DNA of 64,000 bases from NCBI RefSeq assembly GCF_009914755.1, contig NC_060937.1, one strand, 5' to 3'. Positions 41,027 to 55,100 of the stretch are shown piece after piece; position 1 is the stretch's first letter; every line of letters starts with the position of its first letter. Source of the DNA: the human T2T-CHM13v2.0 reference genome, Homo sapiens. The position numbers and the translations under genes were made by a program. The notes below the pieces were generated by a model, which was given only the letters and a program-made list of their open reading frames with translations, had not been told where the DNA came from and ran no database searches.

Positions 41027-42091
41027 TCATATACTAGCATCGTGCCCAGCACTTCCATGTTATACAGTTTAAAAGGTTCTGTAATTCCCTGTGGGAACCT
41101 AAGATAATGCGAGGACCGTCATACGTGCCCCCAAATATTGGCAAACCAATGAATAAATGAATGAATGAGTTTATGAATCGCTAACTGGCTGTATTTAATG
41201 AAGTATGTGTGTTGAGCCATTTCCCACAGTGTGGACAGATTTGTCCCACAATATGGGCCTCTTCCCAAAGGCCCTACCACCTAATGCCATCACACTGGGG
41301 ATTTGATTTCAACATGTGAATTTGGGGAGAGTGCAAACACTCAGACCATAGCACCATCTCAGTAAATGTCCCACTGGTCACTCAGTTCATAGTGACAGTG
41401 ATCCAGCCACTGTCATGACAGGTGCCACTTGGCAGAAACAGCACAGCTTGGAAGATGGCGGGGTGTAGTCAAGATTCCAGGATCCCCAACAGAGAAGCCA
41501 GCTCTTATAGGGGAGCCATTCATCAGGATTGAACTCTCAATCGAGCTGGACAGTAATAGGTGGGTCTGTGTTATTCCCCAGGTGAGTATCATGACAGTCA
41601 CAATCCTAGGAAGGATGTGAAGCCTCCCCCAGCTCTCCTCCAGTTGCCTGCTTGGGCAGCAGAGATGATGGAATGTGGAGTCTGGCGTGGTCTGAGGCCT
41701 GAATCCATGTGCCTCATGTATGATGCTCAGGCAAGAGGATCTCTCAATTCAAGGGAGAGGGCCTGAATGAGCCTTGCTTTCCAGGCCTGTCTGATGGTCC
41801 AGGCTGAAGCCCCTCCTGGCTTGCACTGCCAGACCTCATCCAGCAGGAGCTCCTTGGCATTGACTGCTTCAGGATAGTTGCTTCTGCTCTGAGTGCTCTC
41901 TAAAGAGCAGTGCTCTACCATCCAAGCTGGGCTTTTCTTTTCTTCTTGCTGATAGGGAAGGCATGGGACATTGCAGGATGGAAGTGGCCCCCAGGCCTTC
42001 TCATGCCTGGGCTTGGTTTGGAAGGTGGTCAGGTGATCAATAATCCTGATTGGCCTGGCATTGAGGAGTTTTCCTGGGATGTGGTCCTTTC

Positions 42092-42380
42092 GGTTTTTTA
42101 AAAATTATTTTTATTGATACACATATTTGTAGGTATTTGTGGGGTGCATGTGATACTTTATTATGTGTGTGGATTGTGTAATGATGAAGTCAGGGCATTT
42201 AGGGTCTTCATCACCTTGATTATCATTTCTATGTGTTGAGAACATTTCAAGTTCTCAGTTCCAGCTATTTTGAAATAGACAGTCCATTTTGTTAGCTACA
42301 GTCACCCAACCCGGCTGTCAGACATTGGAACTTACTCCTATTGAACTGTGTATTTGTACCCATTCACCAAACTCTCTTTG
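42092..42380 (-). mobile_element. L1MA-type 3' end fragment
   Basis: tttttattgatacacatatttgta...tgtataatgatgaagtcagg...agctattttgaaatagaca. Confidence 0.7.
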
Positions 42381-42699
42381 GGCTTTCAGTTTTACAACTG
42401 GGATGATCCTGGGAAAACTAAAGTAAATCAGACACCCGACGTGTGAGCTAGGTTATAATATGCCCAGTGGACCCTGGGGACATCTTAGCTTTCAGAGGTC
42501 ATGCTGTCCAAGCTGACTGTGGGGCTTCCAGAAGGTGGGGAGAGGAAATGATGCAATGGCCCATCAGAGGCACTACTTGGGGCCTGGGGCCAGAGTGCAT
42601 GTCTAAGGCATTAAGGGGAGGGGAGAGCAGCCTTCATAATTATGAAGAGGAGTCTCAGGTGCACAGCTTCTGATGAGGGACAGCTTCTAATTGAAGACA

Positions 42700-42910
42700 G
42701 CATTGTGTAATGCTCAAACTCCCTGTCTTCAGAGTGCCTGCTGTATCCCACCATCAGTTCTGTGACTTCTCCCTAAGCCTCAATTTTGCATGTGTTACAT
42801 TGGGATAATAATAGTGCCAAACTCATGGGGTTGTGAGGAATAATGAGGTAAAGCAATTGAAAAGGTTTAGCACAATATAAGTGCTCAATAAAAGCCATTA
42901 TTATTATTTT
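42700..42910 (+). mobile_element. MIR
   Basis: ccctaagcctcaattttgca...gggataataatagt...ggggttgtgagg...taagtgctcaataaa. Confidence 0.7.
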
Positions 42911-42929
42911 ATTACACTAGTTTTCAATT

Positions 42930-43460
42930 CCTGCATAGCAAATTCTTGCAAATGTAGGGACTCAAAACAATATAAATTTATTATCTGACAGTTTTTCTGG
43001 GTCAGAGGTCTTACTAGGCTGTAATCAGAGGGCAACCAAAGCTGTGATCTCAGCTGAAGCTCAGGATTCTCTTCCAAGCTCACTGGTTGTTGGCAGAATT
43101 CAGTTCTTTCCAGTTGGAAGACTAAAGCCTACAGTCTTCAGTCTCTAGAAGCCTTTTCTCTGGCACAGGTTTCTCTACAACATGGCCATTTATGTCTTTA
43201 AGGCCAATAGGAGAACATGATTAGCATATTTTTTTTAAGTGAACTTTAGACCCTTTTTTAAAGGCCTATCTGATTAGGCCAGGCCCAAGTGAGCTTTAAG
43301 TCAACTGATTAGAGATCTTAATTACATCTGCAAAGTCCCTTCATGTTTACCGTATAACATAACTTAGTGAAAGGAGTGAAATTGCAACCAGGTTCTGCCT
43401 GCACTCCACGGAAGGGGATTCTGCAGAAGTGTGGGTCACGGGGGGGTTATTTTGGGATTC
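42930..43460 (-). mobile_element. MLT1 (E-like) LTR
   Basis: aaatttattatctgacagttt...cttccaagctcact..gttggcagaattcagttc...cttaattacatctgcaaagtccctt. Confidence 0.65.
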
Positions 43461-43611
43461 TGCCTACGTCACTGAGTCAAAAGAAGCTGAATGGTTGTGA
43501 TGCTGAGGTTTTTGGGCAGCAGCAGTGTGTGTGTGTGAGTGAATTCATACGTATGACCACCTGGGAAGAAAGGAGGCTGTGGTTTCCTCCACCTCCTGGC
43601 AGACAGAGAAA

Positions 43612-43904
43612 TTTCTTTTTTTTTTTGAGACAGGGTCTGGCTCTGTTACCCAGGCTGGAGTGCAGTGGCTTGATCTCTGCTCACTGGCTCACTGCAGCCT
43701 CTGCCTCCCAGGTTCAAGTAATTCTTGTGCCTCAACTCCAAGTAGCTGGGATTACAGACACACACTGCCACGCCTGGCTAATTTTTGTATTTTTAGTAGA
43801 GACGAGGTTTTGCCATGTTGGCCAGGCTGGTCTTGAACTCCTGACCTCAAGTGATCCGCCCACCTCAGCCTCCCAAAGTGCTGGGATTACAGACGTGAGC
43901 CACC
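43612..43904 (-). mobile_element. AluS
   Basis: Antisense Alu dimer. Confidence 0.92.
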
Positions 43905-44110
43905 ATTAACCATTTTTCTATCTCCTGTGGGAAAGGGCACAGTGAAAGAACAGATGAAGCTGAGACATACAAGTGAACTCCTCCCTCCTCTCCATTTAGA
44001 CTAAAATAGGATTATTCATACTGAGATTCTCCCTGGTTGCAAAGAGATAATCTGTGCAACTGGGTTTTTACAATTATCCCTACCCTATGCTTTCCTCATC
44101 TGTCTTCCTC

Positions 44111-45243
44111 GTAGTCAGCTCAGGCTGCTATAACAAAACACCATAACTGGGGGCTTTTGAACAACAAAACTTTACTTCTCACAGTTCTAGAGGCTGGAAA
44201 TCCAAGATCAAGTTTCTGGCAGATTCGGTGTCTAATGAGGTCCTGCTTTCCAGTTTATAGACAGTGCCTTATCGCTACCGCCTTACACAGTGGAAGGAGA
44301 GGACGAGAAGCTCCTTGGGCTTTTTTTTGTTTCTTTCTTTCTCTCTCTCTCTCTTTTTTTTTTTTTTAATAAGGTCACTATCTTAGTCCATTTTGTGTTG
44401 CTAAAAGGAACATCTGAGGTTGAGTAATTTATTTTATTTTAAAAAGTGGCCAGGCATGGAGGCTTATCCTGTAACCCTAATCCTTTAGGAGGCCAAAACA
44501 GCAGGATTGTTTGAGGCCAGGAGTTCAAGACCAGCCTAGGCAAGATAGTGAGACCCCATCTACCCCATCTCTACTAAAATTTTAAAAAATTAGCTGTGTG
44601 TTGTAAAGTGTGCTTGTAGTCCCGGCCACTTGAGAGGCTGAGGTGGGTGGAGTTCAAGGCTGCAGTGAGTTATGATTGAGCCACTGCACTCCAACCCGGG
44701 TAACGGGGCAAGACCTTGTCTCTATTTAAAAAAAAAAAATCTTTATGTGGCTCACTATTCTGGGTGGCTGGAAAGTTCAAGATTGGGCATCTGCATCTGG
44801 TGACAGCCTCATGTCGCTTCCAGTCATGGGGGAAGACGAAGGAGAGCTGGCACGTGCAGATATCACGTGTTGAGGGCAGAAGCGAGAGAGAGAGGGGAGA
44901 GATGCCAGGCTCTTTTTAACAACCAGCACTGGGGAAACTAATAGAGTGAGAGCTCACTGACTCCTGAGGGAGGACATTAATCTATTGATGAGCGACCTGC
45001 CTCCATGACCCAAACACCTCCAACGATACCCCACCTCCAACACTGCCACACTAGGGATTAACTTTCAACTTGAGATTTAGAGGGGGGAAACTTACAAACT
45101 ATCGCAGGCACTAATACCACTCATGAGGGCTCCACCTTCATGACCTAATCACTTCCTAAAGGCCTTACCTCTTAATCTCATCACATTGAGGATTCGATTT
45201 CAACTTGAATTTTGGGGGGACACCAACATTCAGGCCATAGCAT
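44111..45243 (-). mobile_element. Nested MLT1A0 > MSTB-like LTR (about 44379-45106) > AluJ (44448-44739, +)
   Basis: MLT1A text breaks at ...ataaggtcac and resumes at ggcactaataccactcatgagggc. MST text lies between, itself split by a sense Alu. Confidence 0.75.
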
Positions 45244-45254
45244 CATCTCAATAA

Positions 45255-45797
<543 letters not shown>

Positions 45798-45799
45798 TA

Positions 45800-46330
45800 A
45801 TGCTACACGCACTTGCTTAAAATCCCCCAGATAATTCTCGCTGCTCTTGGAATAATTCCCACACACCTTGGCGTGGCCATGCAGGCTCTGTGCCATCAGA
45901 TATGTCCCTGCCCCCTCTCCCAACTCCTCCTTTCGCTTGCTCGTTCACTCAGTTCCAGCCACATTGCCCTGGGAGCTGCTCCCACCATGGGGCTTCCTAA
46001 TGCACTGGTCTCTCTCATGCAGTGGGGCCTCTCCCTCCTTTTACTCAGTGTCTCCCAGCACCCACCTCCTCCAGAGCCTTCCCTGACCACCACACCTACA
46101 CCTAGGCCCTTCCTCCTCCACGCTCCCTCCTCCACCCCGGCCTCCTACCCACGTGTCACTTCTTTATACTCGCTGCCACCTGAAATTAGATCATTTATTT
46201 ACCCCTTTATTTGTTCAGTTTGCCTTGTCCGTTAGAATATAAGCTTCCAAAGGGCAGGAGCTTTGCCTATATTGTTAGGCCGGGCATACAATGAGCACTC
46301 AAAAAAATATTTGATGAGTGTATGAAAGAA
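45800..46330. mobile_element. L2 fragment
   Basis: Pyrimidine-rich body, ttagaatataagcttccaaagggcagg, and L2 tail-like cactcaaaaaaatatttgatgagtg. Confidence 0.6.
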
Positions 46331-46636
46331 CAGACTGGGTTATGTAATTGTGCCTACTTACCTATACGACCGTGTGGTGGGGTTTATGGTGGGTGTGGTG
46401 GTGATGGCTATAGGGCTATAAGCAAATTTGGGACAGGGAGTCTAAGAAATGTTCTTAAATTTTAGTAAGCAAAGCATCCTCTACAGAACCTGTCTTAAAA
46501 CATGAAAGTTCCTTAGTGCTACCCCCAGAGGTATGATTTGGTAGGTCAAGGATAGGGCCTGGAAATTCACATTCTTGTTAAGATGTTCTTCATCCGGGGT
46601 TTGTTGACCACCTTTTCAGAAGATTTTTGCTCTGTA

Positions 46637-46956
46637 GCTGTACTACCCAATGCAGTAGTTCGTAGTCAGTGTGGCTCCTGAGCCCTCGAAGTGTAGCTCC
46701 TCTGAACTGAGACGTGCTGTAAATGTAAATTGCACACCGGAGTTTGAAGAGTTAATACAAAGAAAAAGGAATGCAAAACATCTCATTAATAATGCTTTAC
46801 ACTGATTACATATTGAAATGGTAATCTTGTAGATATAGTGCGTTAAATAAAATATACTGTTAGGCTTAATTTCACGTCTTTATACTTTTAATGTGGCTAC
46901 TAGAAAAATTTAAATAACATATTCAGCTCACATTATACTCCTATTGAACAGAGCTG
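46637..46956. mobile_element. MER33 (hAT-Charlie)
   Basis: aactgagacgtgctgtaaatgtaaa...tgattacatattgaaatg...ttttaatgtggctactagaaaaattt...ctattgaacagagctg. Confidence 0.75.
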
Positions 46957-47982
46957 ATCTATAAGTTCCATGGAAGATGGCAAGTCTTCGCAGCTGAAAT
47001 AAAGGCTGGATCCCATTCTACGGGCTCATCTTTAGCAATGATTTCTTGCAGACGATATTGAAAAATGTGGCAATGAAAGTTACCACAAGCATCAAACCAG
47101 TCCTGCCTAAATCTGGAAAATAGTTATCTGAGGCTGTTAGCATATGATCATGAGAGCGTTTCACCATGGATTTCTGATCACAGATGTGGCACATTATTAA
47201 AATATCACTTTTACAGTCACCCTAGAGGCTAGGGTTATCTGAATATGGAGAAAGAAACAGCTTGTGGAGCTGTTGTATAAATGAAATTACTAGAAAGTAA
47301 TGCACTCAATTGCATATTGGCTCGGGGGGTTATTCTTATTAAAATGTTTAGAGAGGACTTTCTGTTCATTTCTGCAGAATTGCTCTTCAAATTAAGAATT
47401 TGCTTGACACGCTAATAGACCACAGTCCCAAGAGAAGTTTATCCTTTTTTCTTCTTATCCTTGCTAAGCACTTAGATGCTCTGCTGATAGGTAGCATATA
47501 TTGTCTATATGAAGCTTTTGTGTTAACATTGACTAGTCCTGCAAGTTGGCACACTCTTACTTGGCCTAAAAGAAATCAGCACCAGGCTTTAAGAAAATCA
47601 GATGATCTACCTAAAGGAACACAACTCTGTCTCTCTTTTGACAATTGTTGTAAACAAATTTTAATGGAAATTTGCCTTAATTGTGAAGAAGTTGCTGCTA
47701 AAATGGACTTGCCATTAATGGACTGGAACCCATTGCATAAGCAGAATGAAATATAAGCCTTCTCAGGATTCACACTTATAAAAAACCATTCAGCCAATCA
47801 ACAAGAGGGCAAAAGAACAAACATTTGATGTGTAATTACTTAATTTAGTGCATATGCATTTGGGTCCTCAATGTCAGCACTATGGCAACCAGAACATGGC
47901 CACAATAACTGTCTGGAAATGTCTATTCTTACCTGGACCCAGCAGGCCATGCCCCACTGATTATATAATCTCCCTCTCTCCT

Positions 47983-48341
47983 TGTTACGGTCTGAATGCT
48001 TGCATCCCTCAAAAATTCATGTGTTGAAATCCTAACCCCCAAGGTGATGATATTAGGAGGTCGGCCTTTTGAGAGGTAATTAGGTCATGAAGACAGCATC
48101 CTCATGAATGGGATTAGTGTCCTTATAAAATAGGCCCAAGGGAGCTCATTCACTTTGTCCACCATGTGAGAACACAGCGAGAGGGCACCATTTATGCACC
48201 AGGAAATGGGCCTTTTCCAGACAATCTGTTGGTGCCTGGATCTTGGACTTCACAGCCTCTAGAACTGTGAGAAATTAATTTGTTTTTTATAAGCCACCAA
48301 ATCTATGGTTTTTTTTATAGAAACCGTAATGGACTAAAACA
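47983..48341 (+). mobile_element. MLT1A0-like solo LTR
   Basis: TG...CA ends (tgttacggtctgaatg...ggactaaaaca) with ctcct/ctccc flanks. Confidence 0.82.
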
Positions 48342-48491
48342 CTCCCTAATTATATTTAAACTTATCAGTGCACTGGGCAGTGACATATTAAAAGAATGCT
48401 GGCCAACGTAATTGACACCATAAGGCTGGATGATTCTTGTAATTTTCAGCCTCAGAAAAAGGCTGGGGAGAGGAGTCAGGGGAAAGGAGGT

Positions 48492-48493
<2 letters not shown>

Positions 48494-48531
<38 letters not shown>
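48494..48531 (+). repeat. (GT)n microsatellite
   Basis: About 19 GT units. Confidence 0.95.
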
Positions 48532-48532
<1 letters not shown>

Positions 48533-49936
48533 TACGGTGGATGCCTGCTGAGAGAGAAAGAGCTATAATAACATTCTGTGGTTCAGCTGACACATCCTTT
48601 CTGCATCCCCTCCAATCACCTGGGTTAATGGGGACCTCGCTAATGTCTGAACCTCATCTCATTTTAACCTTTTGTTTCAAAGCCTCTCTTTTCATGACTT
48701 CCCCGCCTTCATTTTTCCCATATGGTGGGGTTATTATTAAGACATTAAATGAGAGTGGACAGGTAGGCAAAGGAGGTGGGTTGCAGGGGAGTTGAGGGTT
48801 GCCTGTGTACTTTTCTAGACTGTTCCACTTCACATCAGTGAAATATTCCCAGTTGATACTATCATGAAACAAAGCAAATGAAATGCTGAGCACGGAGCTT
48901 CGTCTTGATGAAATGCTGAAAGAAAAGAAAGGAAAAATAAAGTAGCCATTATTTTTGCCCTTCCTCCCACCCCCATGTTTACTACTCTTATTTCTCTTTT
49001 GTATTGTTGTGTTGGAAGCACAGCATCAGAAAAACTCCCAGTTTTGAGAGATAACTCAGTGTTTAGTTCACTTAAACCTGAGAAAGGAGAAGAGGATGCC
49101 ACCGTGAGGTCCAGGACGTAAAGAGGAAAAAAACAGACAAAAAAACACATATGAAATGAAAATGTGAAAGAGGCGCTTTCGAGCAGATGAGTGTTGTAGA
49201 TTACAGTGTTGAGAGCTGTTTGTGTCCAGAGCTGCTTGCCGCACCTGGCGGGATAAACACTGGTCTAACAGAGGATCCTTGTTTCAAGGAGGCTGCCTTT
49301 TATTTGGGGGGACAAAATTGTTCTTGAAAGCTGCTCAGTGGTTCAAGCTACAGCATGGTGGACTAGCAGAATGGACTCCAGGGCCTCCGAGGAGACAGTG
49401 ACTGCTGCCAGAAATAGTCAAGGATAGAAAGGAAGGACTTCACTGAGGCCTGGGAGAAGATTATGGAATGGGACTGACAGCAGTGACGGGGAGTAAAAGG
49501 GGGTGTCTGGGGGAATTGTGCCCCATGGTGAGAGCTAGAGGGTTCACAAAGACTTAACCCGACGCATCTCTCTCACCCTGGAGATTGGGCCCGTTCAATC
49601 TAACTGGATGGCTATAATTTAAAAGGTTTAGGTATTATGACAAACATGGATATATTAGGTGATAGCAATGCAAAATGCATATGGCTTCTTGATATAAAAC
49701 ACAAGACTTGAAAGCAGCATCTTTGGCTGGGTACTACAGCCACCCTCCTCTGTCACTAAGGGAGGCTTTGGTGGAAAGGGCTGAGAGCCTCTAGACTGTG
49801 AACAAAAGTAGGCACAGAAGAACAGTTGGAGATAATAAGTAAACCATCTTGACAGGAATGAAGAATTTCCTGAAAGGAAGGTCCCTGAGTTAGGTTGTTG
49901 GATGCTTTCAGTAGTGAGTTATTGAAAGTGTTTGGG

Positions 49937-49937
<1 letters not shown>

Positions 49938-49968
<31 letters not shown>

Positions 49969-50010
49969 AGTATGTGTGTGTGTGAGAGAGAGAGACACAC
50001 ACAGAGAGAG
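49938..50010 (+). repeat. Compound (TG)n/(AG)n microsatellite
   Basis: Read directly. Confidence 0.9.
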
Positions 50011-50685
50011 GGGAAGATAACTTGTGCAAAGCAGGGTTTTAATAGAAATAATTTGGCAGTTTCCTAGAGGATAGTTTGATGATAAAAACCAGCCAGGCTA
50101 GAAACAGGAAACCAGCTGGAGACAATTGGTAGGGGACAATTTCAACGGTCTAAATGCAAGATGGCACCCAGACAAAGATGGCAGCTGACAGAATGGGAAA
50201 ATAAAATGGAAGGTGTAACATTATGAATGACAGCAAACAGGAAGCAGGATTGGTTGGTAGGGATCAGGAAAAGGAGAGAGAATAAGAGAGAATGCTTGGT
50301 TTTGAGCCTGGGTGCTGAGGAGACTCAGTACAAATAAATCCCAATTGCACTCCCACCATATACCAGGCATATGGATAGGTCCTGGGCATCAGTGGTGATG
50401 ACAGAGACAATGTCGCTATCTTTGCAGAACTTTCATTGTGCTGGAGGACAGGAAGCAGTCAGAGAGGCAGCAGAAACACCACAGCAAAGTAGGTCACAGA
50501 AACCCAAGAGTGAACAGTTTCGATTTATAGTTCTAAATAAATCATCATGGAAAATGAAAGTTAAAGGACATTGGAAAGCTGTTTATAATAAGAAAGAAGA
50601 ATACCTAAACTCATAATAATAACCGTGACCATGCATTTGTTACTTTCTTACCGTAAGCCGGAAGTGCACTGTGTGCTTTGCACGC

Positions 50686-51200
50686 TGTATTAGTCAGGGT
50701 TCTTTGGTGAAACAGCACTGATAGAATTGATTGATTGCTTGATTAATTGGTTATGAGAATTGGCTCACACAATTACGGAGGCTGAGAAGGCTCAAGATCT
50801 GCTGCCTGCAACCTGGAGAACCAAGAAAGCGGTGGTGTAGATCAGTGTAAGTCTGAAGGCCTGAGAACCTGTGTGGGAGGGGACATCGGCATGGTATAAG
50901 TACTAGACAGGGTCTGGAGGCCCAAGAGCCAGTAGTGCTGATGTCCAAAGGCAGAAGAAGATGGACGTCCCAGCTCAAACAGAGAAGGAGAGAACTTACC
51001 CTTCTTCTTCCTTTTTTTTCCTCAACGAATTGGAGGATGCCTGCCCACATTGGTGAGGGCAGAGCTTCTATATTCAGTCTACTGATTAAAATGCTGAATC
51101 TTCTGAAAACACCCTCACAAGCACATTAAGAAGCAATATTTAACCATCTGTTTGGCTATCCCTTAGCCTTGTCAGGTTGACACATAAAATCAACCATCAC
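50686..51200 (-). mobile_element. MLT2 (ERVL) solo LTR
   Basis: tgtattagtcagggttct...ttatgagaattggctcac...ggaggctgagaag...gatgcctgcccacattggtgagggc...ttgacacataaaatcaaccatcaca. Confidence 0.85.
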
Positions 51201-51866
51201 ATATGCCTTATCTCATTTAATTCTCTAATAACCCAATTAAGTAGGTAATATTAACTTCCTTGTTTTACTGGTGAAGACATTTGCCCAAGGTCAAAGAGCT
51301 AGGAAGTAGCTTATCTGGGATCCAAATTCAGTCTATTTTATCTTAAAGCTGTTGTGAACTGACTTTAGCAAATAGGTCCATGCACAACTCTTGCATTCTT
51401 TTGGGTATATGATGGCACTGAGATGTTTAAGATGAATGAGAGTTAGATATGTCTTTAGATCTTGTTATCAAAAAAGCAATTCTCAGAAGAAATTCTGCCA
51501 AATACAGACTGTTCTTGAAACAAACATTCCTTTAAAAAGCAGGCCCAGGAGAGTTCATGAAACTGTGAGCTTGATGGATTCTACCTCCTGATGAAATTCC
51601 CTAGAGGGAGAAGCAACAATATTCCAGAGGTAGGACTCTGATACCCTGAAGTCAGCATTAGGCAACCAGAAATCCTCCTAACCAGTAGCTGGTGGCAGAA
51701 CTGTCTATGGATGGATCCACAGTGCAGATCCTATGGGCATGGCCACAGGCCTCACTAGATTCCTACTGCCTATTCAGCACAGGTGCGGAGCACTCTGACA
51801 ATATTTCTGACAATATTTTACACAGTCACCAGACTTGAATACCTTGAATTTTACCATTGAGAGCCT

Positions 51867-52170
51867 TTTTTTTTTTTTTTTTTTTTTTTTGAGACAGAGT
51901 TTTGCTCTTGTTGCCCAGGCTGGAGTGCAATGGTGCCATCTAGGCTCACTGCAATCTCCACCACCTGGGTTCAAGCGATTCTCCTGTCTCAGCTTCCAGA
52001 GTAGCTGGGATTACAGGCATGCACCACCACGCCAGGCTAATTTTGTATTTTTAGTAGAGACGGGGTTTCTCCATGTTGGTCAGGCTGGTCTCGAACTCCC
52101 GACCACAGGTGACCTGCCCGCCTCAGCCTCCCAAAATGCTGGAATTATAGGCGTGAGCCACCGCGCCCGG
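51867..52170 (-). mobile_element. AluSp
   Basis: ctaattttgtatt, tttctccatgttggtcaggctgg and ctcccgacc diagnostics. Confidence 0.92.
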
Positions 52171-55100
52171 TCGAAAGCCTATTTCTGGTATTCATACTGA
52201 CTAGCAAATCTCTTATATCAATCAAAATCCATTTGTGATGCTCACTATGCTAATTTTCAAAGCCTAAGGTGATGACTGAGATCTGAAGAGCTGAAGTCTT
52301 TCTGATGGAATACCAGCTGGCCACCTGTGGAGGTGAAGTTTCCATTTCAGCAACTTCATGCCTCTGGAGTTGAGGCTTCTACTAATACAAACTCATGATT
52401 CATTTCTCAGTGTTGAGGTATTTTAAAGTAAGTTATGGACATTGTAAAGTAAATCCATACTTTAAATGGTTATTCCATAAAACCTGTAATAGAGATTGTC
52501 CCTTTTAATTGATACAGATAAACTATAAAATACACATATTATTCTTTTTGACCAGGGAATCTTAAATTCATAGCACAAGCAGGATAATAATGGCTCAGAA
52601 TGACCAACCTTCATTATGGGTAAGGTATGGTGCCAAGCGGTTAGATACATCTGTACCTTTAATCTTCAAAACAAACCCATAAGCCAGGCACCACTATCTC
52701 ATGCTCATTTTAAAGAGAAGGAAAGTGAGTCTTTTGAGAGAGCAAGTAATTCACTACAGATCATATAGATAGGAACTGATAGGTAAGGGATCAGGGTATG
52801 GACCTCAAGGGTGGGGAGGCTTGAAAACCCTGAAATTAACCTCACAATGGTATGTATGTGGACATCCATTCTGTGCATGTTGTTTTGGCTGGTGGTTGTG
52901 GTAAGATTCCTATGACTTTCACCAGATTCTTGAGCGCTTTCAACACCACTGTCTAAACAGGCTCCGTCAGAATCCAGATGCCTTGCCTGACAGCTGCCTG
53001 TCATAAGTCATCCTTATAATGGGGCCCAAGAAAGGATGTTTCATTTCCTCTTCTGCAGACAGACATATTGAACTGGGTCTTTTAATCTAAAAACACAGCA
53101 ATATTGTCCTAATTTATGGAAAACATGTCAGGTTAGAAAAATCATAATAAATCAATTGATCCTTTGTATTTGTCATTTATTTTTCTGAATTTTTCAATTT
53201 AGAACAGGGCCCAAAGAGAAAAGGATGGCTCCACCCTGTGAAAAATAAAAGTAAAGGTCTTTTTCTTATTAGTTTGTTTAAGAAAAACAACTTTAAGGCA
53301 TTTTCCTGATAACTCTCTTATAAGCCTTCAAGACTTGCAGGTAATTTCTAACTCTAGGGTCCTTTGCTATTTGAAAAAATAACCTACTCCCATATGGTCT
53401 GCACCAAAGGAAAAATGATCACGTTTCTTTTGTCTCTGGCATGGTTTTGACAGAAAAGATAATTCAAGTATCTTACAGGTGCTAAAGCAACCTAACAAAA
53501 CAAAGGTAAAGTGAGTACAGAAAGTGGACATTTTTTTTTGAAATATTTTTCCTTCTATCTTCCTTCCAAGGCATCTTGAGTGTTAATGGAATAGTTTTCT
53601 TTTTGTACCAATTCTTGGTACAAAGAGAGTAGTTATTCTTGGGTATAACTACAAAATATATAGTTTTTCTTATCCCTTTTCTACTCAAGTGATACACATT
53701 TATCTTAAAAATTGCCTGAAATTTCTATAGGAAAGGGTATCTAAATTTTGCAATATGTTGAAACATATTTCACCTGCCCATGCCCAGAAATCCACCACTT
53801 TGGTGTCTGGCCCATACTTTAACAATTAGGCTAAAACAAACAAATGCCTGCGTGCACTTTGAGACCTGTCTGCCCCTTATATTAAGAGTTCCTGTGAGTA
53901 CTGAGGCTTTGCTCAATATAACGTGAGGATTTGGTTACATCATGCAGAAATTGATGAAATTCCCACTATAATGCTTGGGTATGGAGAGTCGAGAAGTTTT
54001 TTTGGGTAACTATATCAGAACTCAGGGAGAAATTGGTGTGGAAATTGATTTTTCCAAAGCCTCAACATTTCAAACGCAAAACCTCTTTCATCTGGTTTCT
54101 TCTGGGGAAATAACAGTTGGGAGCTAATGAACGGGAAGAGATATCAGGAAACATAAGCTCCACGTTGGCCCTCATTTCACTTCCAGCACCAGTCCTGGTG
54201 AATGCTTAATCATGAAGCGGAGCATCTCGGAAAAGCCTCCTCTTAGGGTTAGGGGTTGCCAGTGTGCTATGGGGTCCCTTCCTGGAGGTTGTCATGGTCA
54301 TATACTAATTTATTCCCATCTTCTTGCCTCATCCCTGAATCCTTAGAACCCATGTGTGAGCTGCAGCAAAGGGAGGTAATTCAGGCCAGAGATCAGTTAA
54401 CAGGCACTGTAATATGAATGGCCCTCTCTTTCTTCAAACACCTAGTGCATTTACACTCCATGCTATGACTGCCTGCTTTTATTTCTCCACTAGTCCCCCC
54501 AACAAAATTGCAAATTCCATGAGAGGACAGAGTTTGTCTTGCATTTCTCTTTTGTGTTTTCGGCAACAAGGAGAGTGCTGTGTATACAGTGAACAATGAA
54601 TATCAATGGATGAATACTTTCTTTTGATGTTGCAGAAGCTTTCATGGATAATGCGTTTTTTCACCCAGTAGATAGAAAGCTTTATGAAGATAGAAGCTGG
54701 GTATTAATCATTTTTCCACCTTGCAAGACATTCAGTTTCATTTATTGCTCAGTGTAGATGTTTAGTAATTGTCCCTGAAGAAACTGGATTACCCCCTGGA
54801 CAGATTGAATTATCCTTAGAGATGATTCAGCGGATTGTCAATAAGTGGACCAAGTTGTGTGATGGCCTCATTAGAACAATTCATAATATTAGAAAATGGA
54901 GATAGGGTGGTATTTAGATTTTCTTTTTGGCATTGGAGAAGAATTTACTTGGCACGGTTTGATCACTCTTTCATCTTAGAAACACTTTCTTTGCTTGGCT
55001 TCTTTCTTTCTTTCTATGCCATCCTCTGGTGCTAGCTCCTTTCTGCTATGGTTTGACCCCATTAAAACTATGTTGAAATTTGATCCCTAATGTGGCAATG

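Noticed and set aside
43367-43909. 180-aa ORF, and many similar ORFs with LECSG, WDYR or FLVETGF strings
   Set aside because: These are standard Alu translations.
54243-54255. TTAGGGTTAGGG telomere-like repeat
   Set aside because: Only two units, so there is no support for an interstitial telomere.
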